A stretch of DNA of 64,000 bases from the NCBI GenBank assembly GCA_945866125.1, contig CAMBFZ010000019.1, positions 53 through 64,052 on the forward strand. Direction: 5' to 3'. Positions 19,101 through 28,350 of the stretch are shown here, piece by piece. The stretch comes from Bordetella parapertussis. Lineage in GTDB: Bacteria > Pseudomonadota > Gammaproteobacteria > Burkholderiales > Burkholderiaceae_D. Each line of letters starts with the position of its first letter. The stretch's first letter is position 1. The position numbers and the translations under genes are program-made. Below the pieces are notes generated by a model. It was not told where the DNA came from. It did no database searches and worked only from the letters and a program-made list of their open reading frames with translations.

Positions 19101-19369
19101 GTTACGCAAAGCGGGTTGCGTGGATTCAGAAAGATAATTTTGTGACCCTCAAATCAGCCTCCTACGACGAGGCCAACGAGCTGCTTAAAGAAGCGCGTTA
19201 CAGCCACTGGAAGGAAGTCGACACCGTCAAGCATAAATGGCAGGCTGGCGTTCTTGAAGCCCGCAATATGCAGACCGGCCACAGCACGGTGATCACGATT
19301 GACCAGTTCAAGGTCAACAATGGTGTGAAGGACGATTATTTCACCACGCGGTATATGGAACAGCAATGA
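16190..19369 (+). CDS. RND-superfamily (MMPL/COG1033-like) exporter fused in frame to a LolA-like outer-membrane lipoprotein-sorting domain
   Basis: ORF 16148..19369. The ATG at 16190 follows AGGAGA. Two blocks of about 6 TM helices with large loops fit an RND exporter. After residue ~785 the sequence has an SD, a GTG and a signal peptide, then DDIWIYLPSVKKVRRLISSNKKDSFVGTDFSYGDV, which is typical of LolA-like proteins. Confidence 0.8.
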   Translation: MRSYIGFIVRFRWAVLALVLLATVFLHFRGQALTVIIDPNNIVPRSHPFVATTLKVEEIFGSRYVGVIGITPKEGDVFNPKVLEKVQRITAKLRETPRVVKANLLSVAARRAKDIRGTEEGMEVKQMMGDVPATPEQMAALKDALQRNTAYMNSVVSQDFKTITVLAEVRDATPAELKEGKGGFTYVNKKILEIVESERDESVDIVVTGYPAFLAQLEQFSARGGLLLLLAIGIIGVIHYEAFRTIQGLILPLLTPIIAVTWGKGLMGLANVPLDIFNMSTPILILAVGAGHAVQMLKRYYEEYNVLRQDPNLSPKEANRLAVIESIVKIGPVMLTAGLVAAAGFLSLMIFDIVSIRVFGIFSGIGILSILVIEMTFIPALRAVLPPPGEKEARMEREERFWDRITHFYADLLLGPNRHRIFMVCGVIIAVALAGMSQLKIESALKKYFDPDLPLMVADKKLNERMAGTNNIYLLIEGDKPDAIKDPAVLRAMDELQNYLTTRPNIGKVISIAEFIKRMNQSMNADDPAFFRIPDKQATIAEYLLIYSMSGEPGDFDPYVDYDYRMANMVVFTHSDSTADLHALWSEIQIFVDAKFPKNIKVNIGGSVAQSAAITDVIVKDKILNVIQIASVVFLATAFVFRSFIAGLLVVTPLLLSVLVNMGLMGWLGMRLNVPTALTSALAIGIGADYAIYMLFRLREEIAKGTNTDEAFRKVLSTAGKACLFVASAVAGGYAVQAGSRGYYPHTWSAILIGTAMLVSVTAALTVMPALVLKFRPSFIFKGDHVNNAGNLKSGTALMLVLGFTAMLGVALPKASWAITPVEIMEKNFVVGKYADSTSESTMTLTNKSGQQRVRKSFGTSKLDANGVDNKRMTRFLEPVDVKGTVSLLVEHSDKDDDIWIYLPSVKKVRRLISSNKKDSFVGTDFSYGDVIGHKVKEWNHTLVKEEEVDGKPCYVIESLPRDASVKANTGYAKRVAWIQKDNFVTLKSASYDEANELLKEARYSHWKEVDTVKHKWQAGVLEARNMQTGHSTVITIDQFKVNNGVKDDYFTTRYMEQQ

Positions 19370-20664
19370 CGCTGCAGTCGCGCTCAAGAGGCCCGAGAAA
19401 TATTGGCCATGCACTCGCCACGGTGAGTGCGGGTGCGTTGCTGCTGCTCGGGATGCTTGTGCCGGTGGCCTGTGCAGCGGGCGCCGACGACGGGCCGGAA
19501 TTGGCCCCGCCGGAGCGCGCAGCCGGGTCTGGTCTGACGCGCGGGCTCAATCAGTTAGGTCTGACGGGTTCTCTGCGCAGTGGTATCTGGTCATCCAATC
19601 GGCTCTACGATGATGTCGGGAATGTTGGCACGGCGTCAAACTGGCTTAAGCTGGAAAAAAAACTCAATAGCGGGTTGGGACTCTATGCCGAGGGTTACGC
19701 CGCACGAGAAGATGTAAGAAGTAATGGCTACTCTCGCTCGCGTGTGCGCGAGGCCTACCTCGAGGGCCGTGCAGGCGCCTTTGACTTCAGGGTTGGCAAA
19801 CAAATCATCGCGTGGGGGCGCGCGGACCGTCTTAATCCGACTGACAATCTGACCGGGCGAGACGCGACCTTGATGGGCGCCGATATTGATGAAGATCGCT
19901 TTGGCTCGGTAGCGGCCAAGGGCTCATGGAATGTGGATCCGTATACGAGCCTGAGCGCAATCTGGTTACCGGAATTCGCCCCAAACAAAATATTTTTACG
20001 CCCTGGTTTTTCAGAGAGCACGCCGACTGGCAGCCGGCAATGGGCACTCAAGATGGATCAGTCCGGTAAAACAATCGATTGGTCGCTATCCTATTTTGAT
20101 GGCTATGACCTTGCCGGCGATCTGTCGGCGGCGTTAAGGATTCAGCATTATCGGACTAAGGTCATCGGCATGGATGCAGCGACAAGCGTAGGCAGCTATC
20201 GCTTCGCGCTGGAATCGGCCTACACGATGACGGAAGACCCGGATGGCAACAATGAATTCGTCAAAAATCCCTTTGTGTATACCGTCTTTGGGGTTGAGCA
20301 TGATTTCGGTAATGAGACCAGCGGCATCGTGCAGATTTTTAATCGCCATGTGCTGAACTACAGCACGCCCTCAGATGCGGCACGGCTGCATGCCATCTTC
20401 AGTTCGCAACTCGATCGTAATCAAAACGGTGTGAGCTTGCGTATCGCCAAAAAATGGTGGAATCAGACACTGGAAACCGAATTGGCGGGCTCGAGTCTGA
20501 TCGAGCGCCGGGCTTACTCGGTACGACCCCGGATTACTTATTTGTGGAGCGACAGCATCAAGCTGCTGGCCGGCTATGAGTATTATCAGGGTGGCAGCGA
20601 TACGCTCTTTGGCTACCTGAAAAAGAATAACGTGCTCTTCGCAGAACTGCGTTATTTTTATTAA
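19366..20664 (+). CDS. Outer-membrane beta-barrel protein (DUF1302/alginate-export-like)
   Basis: Its ATG overlaps the upstream stop (ATGA). It has a signal peptide ...LLLLGMLVPVACAAGA, the motif FRVGKQIIAWGRADRLNPTDNL, and a C-terminal AELRYFY with an aromatic end. Confidence 0.65.
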   Translation: MTLQSRSRGPRNIGHALATVSAGALLLLGMLVPVACAAGADDGPELAPPERAAGSGLTRGLNQLGLTGSLRSGIWSSNRLYDDVGNVGTASNWLKLEKKLNSGLGLYAEGYAAREDVRSNGYSRSRVREAYLEGRAGAFDFRVGKQIIAWGRADRLNPTDNLTGRDATLMGADIDEDRFGSVAAKGSWNVDPYTSLSAIWLPEFAPNKIFLRPGFSESTPTGSRQWALKMDQSGKTIDWSLSYFDGYDLAGDLSAALRIQHYRTKVIGMDAATSVGSYRFALESAYTMTEDPDGNNEFVKNPFVYTVFGVEHDFGNETSGIVQIFNRHVLNYSTPSDAARLHAIFSSQLDRNQNGVSLRIAKKWWNQTLETELAGSSLIERRAYSVRPRITYLWSDSIKLLAGYEYYQGGSDTLFGYLKKNNVLFAELRYFY

Positions 20665-20795
20665 GATTAGTGGCCGGATAGTTGCTTGAATCCGGCGCAC
20701 AATCTCGGCATCCTCGCATCTTCCCGGTTTTTCTGGCTGCAATAGCCTATGATGCTTCCCTTCCTCAGCTACCGGCAGTGCACCGGCATTCAACA

Positions 20796-21983
20796 ATGAC
20801 CACCCTTGTCAAGAACGATCAACCATTCCCGCTACTGCAATGGACAGAAAACGAGCAGGCCTGTAGCGCCCGCTGGCGTTCCGAAAATGGCGTGTCGCCG
20901 CCAAAGCGTGTGGTCGTGGCCGACGATACCCTGACCGCTGATTCGGCGTATCGGCTAGCCTGCGAAGGTACCGGTATTTTATGGCGCGGCGATTTTCAAA
21001 ATGCACGTCAGTTGCTGCAGGCATTGGCGCGACGTGCCGACCGGCCCGCCAAAAAATCCGGCAGAAAATCCAACAAGCCGGCCCCCTCAATGACGGAGAC
21101 CTTTCATCTGCACCGACAGGCACAGTCGCAGCGGTCGCGCACCCTGGGCATGCTCCTGATCGGCTTTGATGCCGACCACAGCGTGCCGCTGCGTCGGGCA
21201 CCGGACGTCAGGCTGGCGTGTAACGAAGCCTATGGCCGTAACGAGATGCCCTATGTTGCATCAATGCGCGAGCTGCTTGGGGTAATCAGCGCCCACGAAT
21301 GGCGTAAACGCGGGGTAGAGATTGCCGCCTTATCTGACGATGCACCGTGCCGCATTCATCCGCACTACGGCGTGTTTGCACCTGTCCGTACCGACTATGT
21401 GCCGCTGGTTGCCGAAGCGCCGTTGCCGGCTACGCTGCAAACAAATTCATTGGCGTTTGATATTGGGACCGGCACCGGCGTGCTTGCTGCGGTGCTGGCC
21501 AAACGGGGCATCGCGCGTGTTGTTGCAACCGATCTGGATGCGCGTGCCTTGTCGTGCGCCCGTGAAAATATCGACAGGCTGGACTTGCGTACGCAGATCA
21601 GCTTGGTTGAAGCCGATTTATTCCCGCCCGGCCAGGCACCGCTGATTGTCTGTAATCCGCCCTGGGTACCGGCGCGACCAAGTTCACCGATTGAGCATGC
21701 GGTGTTTGATCCGGAGAGCCGGATGCTGCGCGGATTTATGGCGGGACTGGCCGCACACCTGACGCCGGATGGTGAGGGCTGGCTGGTTCTGTCGGATCTG
21801 GCCGAACATCTCGGCTTACGCAGCCGCGGTGAATTACTTGAATGGATTGATGCTGCTGGTTTGAAGGTCGTCGCGCGCATTGATGCGCGGCCCACCCATG
21901 CGAAAGCTGCGGATCCGACCGATGCTTTGCATGCAGCAAGGGCGGCTGAGGTGACCTCATTGTGGCGTCTGGGGGCGCGCTAA
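20796..21983 (+). CDS. Class I SAM-dependent methyltransferase (NPPW-motif, small-domain methyltransferase type)
   Basis: ORF 20682..21983; probable start at ATG 20796. It carries the SAM motif FDIGTGTGVLAAVLAKRG and the catalytic-type motif LIVCNPPWVP. Confidence 0.75.
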   Translation: MTTLVKNDQPFPLLQWTENEQACSARWRSENGVSPPKRVVVADDTLTADSAYRLACEGTGILWRGDFQNARQLLQALARRADRPAKKSGRKSNKPAPSMTETFHLHRQAQSQRSRTLGMLLIGFDADHSVPLRRAPDVRLACNEAYGRNEMPYVASMRELLGVISAHEWRKRGVEIAALSDDAPCRIHPHYGVFAPVRTDYVPLVAEAPLPATLQTNSLAFDIGTGTGVLAAVLAKRGIARVVATDLDARALSCARENIDRLDLRTQISLVEADLFPPGQAPLIVCNPPWVPARPSSPIEHAVFDPESRMLRGFMAGLAAHLTPDGEGWLVLSDLAEHLGLRSRGELLEWIDAAGLKVVARIDARPTHAKAADPTDALHAARAAEVTSLWRLGAR

Positions 21984-22117
21984 AAAGCGAGGGCTAGTGC
22001 CGACAAATTGGAGGCAAGTCCCGTCAACCTTTATTTTTGCAACACATTGAAGATCAGCGCTAGTGCATTAACAATCAATTCTTAGCGGTTTGCCATCCTG
22101 TTTGAGTTACTTAGTCC

Positions 22118-22711
22118 TTGTGCAATTCAAGGGAGGTCGACGTGGATACTGGCAGAAGTAATCGTTCCGAGCATTTTTTTGCTTACTTACCCCACCAAGT
22201 GCAGGGTGACGCGGTCGGTGTTCAAGAGAGTGTTATTGGATGTCAAAAAGTCAAAATTAATGAGGGAGATAAAAAGAAATCAGTGATCGTATTTACGAGA
22301 ATTCCTATTTCTGAATTTGATAGCAGCAAGGCAGCACAAAAATCAGCCGCCAAGGCTGTTGACCAGTTGAAAAATTTTTATCAACTCAATGGCATGAAGA
22401 AAAAGACGGCAAGCAGCGCTGTTCATAATATTAAGCACCGGCCTGATAACTTACACTCTGTGAATGCGATGAGTACGCAGCATTTTGAAGAATTTGCGAT
22501 GGCGGCTCTTCATATGCCAATGATCGGTTCACTAGACCAGCTCGTTGACTTGAATGAATCAACCGAAATTATTCGTCAACATCATATGAAAAAAGCCTTT
22601 GAAGCAGACGGTGAGATGATCGAAAATGCGTTGATAAAAAACGATAATTTCAGTACCGATGATTTTTCCCAAACAGAGATCGCAACTGAAGTCACCACTA
22701 AAAAAACCTAA
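22118..22711 (+). CDS. Hypothetical protein in the low-GC islet
   Basis: 197-aa ORF in an AT-richer segment. The start is uncertain and I recognise no motif. Confidence 0.35.
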   Translation: MCNSREVDVDTGRSNRSEHFFAYLPHQVQGDAVGVQESVIGCQKVKINEGDKKKSVIVFTRIPISEFDSSKAAQKSAAKAVDQLKNFYQLNGMKKKTASSAVHNIKHRPDNLHSVNAMSTQHFEEFAMAALHMPMIGSLDQLVDLNESTEIIRQHHMKKAFEADGEMIENALIKNDNFSTDDFSQTEIATEVTTKKT

Positions 22712-22964
22712 GGGCAGCAACCAGCCACCATCGTTCAACTTGCTGTGCCTGTGGTGTTCGATTCAGCGACGCAATATAAAGGCGGCTTTAGTAAACATGA
22801 GGAGGTCGCCAACATTAATAGGGGTGACTTCGTCCCGTTGGTAATCAACTCGACAGTGGCAATTTTAGATCACAATGCCTTACTGGTTGCGACCTGTTAA
22901 TCACGACAATTCACGCAATCAAAACATCATCAACAGGTCGCAATCAGCATCACTTCACATCGTC

Positions 22965-24497
22965 TTAGCTAAATTTTTTACCTTCTTGTTCCAAGGTCTT
23001 CGAGCCAGCTCTGAGTAAGAAAGCATCCAGTACGGCTTGCGTGGCTTCTTTGCTCTGGCCTTGCTTGATACTGTTCACGATGAGTTCATCCGCCACGAGG
23101 CTGAGCACTTCGATTGGCAATTCGTCCGAGCGGATAATAGGATGAGCACGCAGATGTTCACGTAGCTCTGGAATGGCTTTATTTTGAGCTAGCATTGCGG
23201 CAATCCTGGCTTTTGCCGGCGCCTCGAGATACTGATCATCGAAGTGAAATGTAGTCAAGCTAATGTGCACAGCTAATGCCTCCACAATTAACGCGGCTTC
23301 GGTCGGATCGAGTGGGTATGCCGGTGCCTGGATACTTGTGAGCGCAGAATTGGATTGAATTAACGTGGCAAATACAGGCCCCATTACTCCAGTCACCTCG
23401 TCAGGTAAATCGCAAAATTTTAATTCGCTTACGTGTTGAAATTCAGGATAGTTCATCAACGTATCAGGAATCAGGTGCATGGTTTCAACATGTTTAGCTA
23501 CTGAGACAGTGATGGATTTAAGATCATCCGACAAACCAGCATGCAGCAACAAATAAGTCGCCATCGCTAAATCTTGCTCGACACCTAGTCCATCGCAGTG
23601 CATCTCGGCCAAAAGTAGCTGGGCATTTCGATGGCCTTGACTTGCTGCCTTGCGCAACCAGGTGGCAGCTTGAACATAATCTTGCTTGCCTGCCTGTCCG
23701 TGTGCGTACATCAATCCTAAATTACCCTGCGAAAATGCGCAGCCTTGATCCGCGGCTTTGCGATGCCAGTCTGCAGCTTTCCCGTAATCTTGGTCGACGC
23801 TATCGCCATTGAAGTACAGCACCGCCAAATTACTCTGCGCCATTGCATGGCCTTGGTAAGCCGCCTTGTGCCACCAGAAAAACGCTTGATCGTAATCTTT
23901 CTTTACACCGACTCCGCTCGCATACATATCGGCTAAATTATTTTGAGAAGCTGCATGACCTTGGTCAGCCGCCTTGTGCCACCAGAAAAACGCTTGCTCG
24001 TAATCTTGGTCGACACCTTCTCCCGTGGCGTACAGTTCTGCCAAATTATTCTGTGCAAGCGCATTGCCTTGGTCTGCGGCCAGGCGGTACCAAGTGGCAG
24101 CTTGAGCGACATCTTTTTCGACATTTTCGCCATTCTCGAAACACCTTCCTAGTTCGAGTTGTGCATACTCTTCGCCAGACAGCGCTGCGCGTTCTAGTAC
24201 AACGAATAGCACTGCGGAAAAATTAAGCATCGCATCCACGTTGTTACGCACGTCGTTGTCAGCTGTTTCAATTGGTGTAGGTGCCAACGGGATACCATTT
24301 GATTCACCGGTTTCCTCATCACGCACCATTGAAGAATGCGTCGGTTCTCGGTTAATCAGTCTAGGCACGGAGCTCCCTGAATTGAATGCGGTGGGTGGCG
24401 TGGATTCAGTGCGCGTTGTTGAATCCGTCCGCGCGTTATCTGCATCAATAGATTGATTAGACGTCTGAGTTAAATCCGCTGATAGAACACGTTTCAT
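22965..24497 (-). CDS. Sel1-like repeat (SLR/TPR) protein with a disordered N-terminus and a possibly LRR-like C-terminal domain
   Basis: 510-aa ORF with at least five tandem ~36-aa units, such as AQNNLAELYATGEGVDQDYEQAFFWWHKAADQGH. The first ~90 aa are S/T/N/D-rich with no signal peptide. The C-terminal ~190 aa are leucine-rich. Confidence 0.85.
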   Translation of the reverse strand: MKRVLSADLTQTSNQSIDADNARTDSTTRTESTPPTAFNSGSSVPRLINREPTHSSMVRDEETGESNGIPLAPTPIETADNDVRNNVDAMLNFSAVLFVVLERAALSGEEYAQLELGRCFENGENVEKDVAQAATWYRLAADQGNALAQNNLAELYATGEGVDQDYEQAFFWWHKAADQGHAASQNNLADMYASGVGVKKDYDQAFFWWHKAAYQGHAMAQSNLAVLYFNGDSVDQDYGKAADWHRKAADQGCAFSQGNLGLMYAHGQAGKQDYVQAATWLRKAASQGHRNAQLLLAEMHCDGLGVEQDLAMATYLLLHAGLSDDLKSITVSVAKHVETMHLIPDTLMNYPEFQHVSELKFCDLPDEVTGVMGPVFATLIQSNSALTSIQAPAYPLDPTEAALIVEALAVHISLTTFHFDDQYLEAPAKARIAAMLAQNKAIPELREHLRAHPIIRSDELPIEVLSLVADELIVNSIKQGQSKEATQAVLDAFLLRAGSKTLEQEGKKFS

Positions 24498-24714
24498 AAT
24501 GAACTTGTCTCACTAATAAAGGGAGACACATCGGTAACGCGATTCACTAGGTAGTTCACCTGCCTTGCTTAGGCTATCGTGCGCATTCCATCGGTCGAAT
24601 TTTCACTATTTCCCAAGCTACTTCGGACTATTTTTAGCAAAGGATTGTGCGCGCAGCGCGTCTGTAGCGTGAAGGGTAGGTCGGATAAAAATTGATCGAT
24701 CGAACACGTGCAGA

Positions 24715-25647
24715 TCAAGCGTGGGCCTCACTAGACGGGGCCACGGTAACGGCCACGTCCAGTACATGGTGTGCCCCGCCGCGAATGACGCCGCGCACCG
24801 GTGAGACGTCTGCATAATCGCGTCCGATTGCCAGTGCGATGTAGTCCTCGCCGGGTGAGCTCAGGCCCCAACGATTGTTGGTTGGATCGAGATCAAACCA
24901 GTGCCCGCGCGGGGCTGCGCCACTGGTAGAAAATTCGGGGACATAGAGCGACACCCATGCGTGCGAGGCATCGCTGCCGATTAAGCGCGGTTGTCCGGCA
25001 GGGGTGTCGGTGAGCAGATAGCCGCTGACGTAGCGGGCAGCCAAACCAAGGTGGCGGGAACACGATAAAAAGATGTGCGCAAAATCCTGGCAGACTCCTT
25101 GCCGAAGCGCCAGTGCTTCGTGCGCCGGTGTATGAATATCCGTGCTCAGACTGACATAGCGGACTTGATGATGAATGCGATCCATTAAATCAATCGCAGC
25201 GTCAAGTACAGGACGACGCGGCGTGAAAATCGGGCGCACAAATTCGGCGAATTCGGTGTGGTCAATGACGTGCGGCGACGCAAAAGTAAATTCGGCTGCC
25301 GCATCCCAGCGTGCGCCGGCATGATAACGAAAATGCTCGCGTACGTCTTCCCAGGCCGGGGTTTTTTGTGGCGCGAGCCGGCCGCTGTGTATCGTGCGCG
25401 TTTCAATTAGACTGCGGGCGGAAATATGCAAGACATCGTGCCGGCTTTGGATGGAAAAAAAAGACCGCACATTGCCAAATACATCCTGATAGCTGCTCTG
25501 CCAGTCTGGCGCCGGCGTAATCGTCAGACGCGAATGAAGGACGTGTTGAGTCGGACCATCGCAAGGGTTCAAATGCGCGATGTGCTGCGCAATCTCGACG
25601 CCGGGTACGTAGCGGTAGGTGGTGTCATGAGTGACGTCGAGACGCAT
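24715..25647 (-). CDS. Transglutaminase family protein (Bact_transglu_N plus transglutaminase core)
   Basis: MRLDVTHDTTYRYVPGVEIAQH..., Cys motif GVCQDFAH, His motif SHAWVSLY and Asp motif FDLDPTN. It lies 2 nt downstream of the ATP-grasp gene. Confidence 0.88.
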   Translation of the reverse strand: MRLDVTHDTTYRYVPGVEIAQHIAHLNPCDGPTQHVLHSRLTITPAPDWQSSYQDVFGNVRSFFSIQSRHDVLHISARSLIETRTIHSGRLAPQKTPAWEDVREHFRYHAGARWDAAAEFTFASPHVIDHTEFAEFVRPIFTPRRPVLDAAIDLMDRIHHQVRYVSLSTDIHTPAHEALALRQGVCQDFAHIFLSCSRHLGLAARYVSGYLLTDTPAGQPRLIGSDASHAWVSLYVPEFSTSGAAPRGHWFDLDPTNNRWGLSSPGEDYIALAIGRDYADVSPVRGVIRGGAHHVLDVAVTVAPSSEAHA

Positions 25648-25649
25648 GA

Positions 25650-28328
25650 TTAGTTTTGTACGCTGTGTTCGCGGGTATGGCTAAAATAGCGCGCACTGAT
25701 CAGGTCGGACACCTGCCACACTACGCTGGTACATTGCGCCAGGCGCTGGCGCAAATGCGTCAAAACACCGTTGTCGTCGGTTGCGGCTAGTGCGGCCAAA
25801 TCCCAGGATGACAGGTCGGGTACGCTTTGTACCAGTGCGTCGGATTCATGTGGTTCGGTACCCGTCAGCTTGCCCAAACGGCTGCGCAGGCTACGGGCTA
25901 CCCAGGCTAGTGAGCGCGGATTGTCGCTGTCTAAGACCAGCAAATCCAGCAAGGCGCGCAGCTCACGGCTTTGTTGATTTTGTGCCTGGTAGGTGATGGT
26001 ACTGTCGAACACGGCCAGTAGCGCGAGAAAGCCTGCACTATCTTGCTCAGGATTGTCGAGCACCCCGGCGCGCAAGGCTAAGTCCAGTGCCGTGGTCAGT
26101 AAGCCCAAGCGCTCAAGATAACGCCCGATGGTCAGCAACTGCCAGCCGTCGTCGCGAGTCATGCGGTCTGATTGTGCGCCGGTGATGGCAGCGAGGGTCG
26201 TACTGGCATGCGTCAGACAAGCCAGCGCTTGCACGGGTGAATAATCATGACGATTGATGGTCTCAGCGGTCTCCTGACTAAACACACTGACACAGCTGAC
26301 AATCGTTCCCCACTGCTCAGTCGACAAACGCTCTCGTACGGCCGAGGCAGACGTTTTGAGCGCCTGCAAATTAAAGCCCACGCTGGTGACGTGCTCGTGC
26401 TGATCAAGCGAGTTAATCAGCGTGCGCTCAAAAATACGGCGCCCGGCACTGTTGGCGTGCGACGGGATGTCCGCATTGGATTGCGCGAATTGTGACTGAG
26501 ACTGAGACTGAGACTGAGATTGTCCCAATGCCGACGGTACCCCGGCCGGCACCAGGCCTTCTTTTTGTGCGAGTGTCTTAAGCCAGCTCCACAACGGGCG
26601 CGAGGACGGATTTTCGCTATGCAAACTCTCCAGACAGAGCCGGGCTAGTCTGACGGCGTGTTCACTCCGCTCGGTGTAGCGTCCCAGCCAGAAAAGATTT
26701 TCGGCAGCGCGACTTGTGACGAGCCGTTTGCGTTGGTACAGCACTTTAATTTTTGGCGTTACCTGGGCGAGCGTCTGGATAGGCAAGGGCAGTTGGGTGC
26801 TACTTTTTACCCAGACATCGGCGCTACTGCCACCGCGTTGCATTGACGCTGCGCCGCTCTGCGATAACGCGATGCGTGCTAGTCCACCCGGCAGTACATA
26901 CCAGGATTGTGGGTCATTTCTGAGCGCAAAAACGCGCAACATAAACGAGCGCGGCACAACCGAGGTGGCACTCGCTGGTGCGGCGGTATTGTGCCAGGTT
27001 GGCATTTGCGCCAACGGCATTGTGCTTTGTATGGTGTAGGCGTCGGGCTGGCGGGTGATGCGCCCGACCCACTCATCGCGTTGTGCCTGCGACAGGCTAC
27101 TGCCCAGCGTGGGCTCAAAGGTGTCATGCAAGACTGAGCCCGGGTAGGTCGGCTTAAAGGTGCTGTGGCGCAGCTGAGGTAGCGCTGCCTCAAGTGCCGC
27201 ACGCTCGCCGCACCACCAGGTGTTTAAGGCGGGTAGTAGCAACGTCTCGCCGAGCAAGCGTTGGCTCAATGCCGGCAAAAATCCCAGCAGCGCGGGCGAC
27301 TCCAAAAAAGCCGATCCCGGCGCATTAGCCATCACCACATTGCCGGCCCGGACTGCCTGCAGCAGACCCGGCACGCCCAAGGTGGAGTCGGCCCGCAATT
27401 CGAGCGGATCGAGAAATTCGTCATCAAGCCGTTTGAGCAAAACATGGACCGGTTCGAGCCCGCGCAAGGTACGCAGATACAAATGCTGATCGCGCACCGT
27501 CAGGTCACTTCCCTCGGCCAGTGTCAGACCAAGATGACGCGCCAGATACGCATGCTCAAAATAGGTTTCGTTGTAAGGTCCCGGAGTGAGCAGCGCAATA
27601 TGCGAATCATTACCCGCCGGGCTTTGGCGTTTGAGGGAGTCGATCAGCTCACGATAAACATCGGTTAGCGGCTCGATTCGCATGGCCTCATAAGCTTGCG
27701 GAAACTGGCGTGAAATCAGGGTGCGGTTTTCTAATAAGTAGCCCAGACCAGATGGTGCCTGGGTACGCTGCGAGACCACCGACCAGTGACCATCGGGGCC
27801 ACGCGCCAAATCGAGGGCAACGAGTTGCAAGTAGTTGCCACCGGCTGGCGTGACGCCATGCATGGCGCGCAGATAGCCGGGATGTCCCTGCACCAAGGCC
27901 GACGGAATCAAGGCATCGTGGAGCAGTTGCTGCGGGCCGTAGACATCGGCAATCATTTTTTCGAGCAGCCGGGCACGCTGCAGCGTGCCGGCTTCAATCT
28001 GCTGCCAGTCGTCATGGCCGACAATCAGCGGAAACAGATCAACCGACCAAGGCCGTTGCGGGCCATCCTGATCGGCGTAGATGTTGTAGGTAATCCCGTT
28101 GTCGCGTACTTGTCGGGTCAGCTCGTCGGACCGGCGATCAAAATCCTGCAGGCCGCTTGCGTCAATTTGACTGAAAAATTCGGCCCAGTCAGCAGACAAA
28201 GCCGTCTGCGTGCCACTAACCTGTCCCCGCAACTCATCAAAGTGTTCGCTCGTGGCGTGGGGGGCGAGCTGCCCCACGGCTTGCGCCAGCGAGCGGGGTG
28301 CAGCGATGTCGGGTTGGCGGGTCTCCAC
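25650..28328 (-). CDS. Circularly permuted type-2 ATP-grasp protein fused to an alpha-E domain
   Basis: 892-aa ORF. The N-terminal ~470 aa match COG2308-type motifs (LLTPGPYNETYFEHAYLARHLGLTLAEGSDLTV, NAPGSAFLESPALLGFLP). The C-terminal part carries the alpha-E signature AAENLFWLGRYTERSE. Confidence 0.85.
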   Translation of the reverse strand: METRQPDIAAPRSLAQAVGQLAPHATSEHFDELRGQVSGTQTALSADWAEFFSQIDASGLQDFDRRSDELTRQVRDNGITYNIYADQDGPQRPWSVDLFPLIVGHDDWQQIEAGTLQRARLLEKMIADVYGPQQLLHDALIPSALVQGHPGYLRAMHGVTPAGGNYLQLVALDLARGPDGHWSVVSQRTQAPSGLGYLLENRTLISRQFPQAYEAMRIEPLTDVYRELIDSLKRQSPAGNDSHIALLTPGPYNETYFEHAYLARHLGLTLAEGSDLTVRDQHLYLRTLRGLEPVHVLLKRLDDEFLDPLELRADSTLGVPGLLQAVRAGNVVMANAPGSAFLESPALLGFLPALSQRLLGETLLLPALNTWWCGERAALEAALPQLRHSTFKPTYPGSVLHDTFEPTLGSSLSQAQRDEWVGRITRQPDAYTIQSTMPLAQMPTWHNTAAPASATSVVPRSFMLRVFALRNDPQSWYVLPGGLARIALSQSGAASMQRGGSSADVWVKSSTQLPLPIQTLAQVTPKIKVLYQRKRLVTSRAAENLFWLGRYTERSEHAVRLARLCLESLHSENPSSRPLWSWLKTLAQKEGLVPAGVPSALGQSQSQSQSQSQFAQSNADIPSHANSAGRRIFERTLINSLDQHEHVTSVGFNLQALKTSASAVRERLSTEQWGTIVSCVSVFSQETAETINRHDYSPVQALACLTHASTTLAAITGAQSDRMTRDDGWQLLTIGRYLERLGLLTTALDLALRAGVLDNPEQDSAGFLALLAVFDSTITYQAQNQQSRELRALLDLLVLDSDNPRSLAWVARSLRSRLGKLTGTEPHESDALVQSVPDLSSWDLAALAATDDNGVLTHLRQRLAQCTSVVWQVSDLISARYFSHTREHSVQN
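26494..26520. repeat. In-frame hexanucleotide microsatellite (GACTGA/TCAGTC, about 4.5 units) encoding (QS)n
   Basis: gactgagactgagactgagactgagat is read on the minus strand as GQSQSQSQSQSQF, inside the alpha-E portion of the 892-aa protein. Confidence 0.9.
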
Positions 28329-28350
28329 GGCGCAGGTCTTGGGTCTGTTC

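Noticed and set aside
26494-26520. Possibility that the GACTGA tandem repeat is a CRISPR-like or regulatory repeat
   Set aside because: The units are 6 nt with no spacers. The repeat lies in frame inside a long ORF and simply encodes a (QS)n loop.
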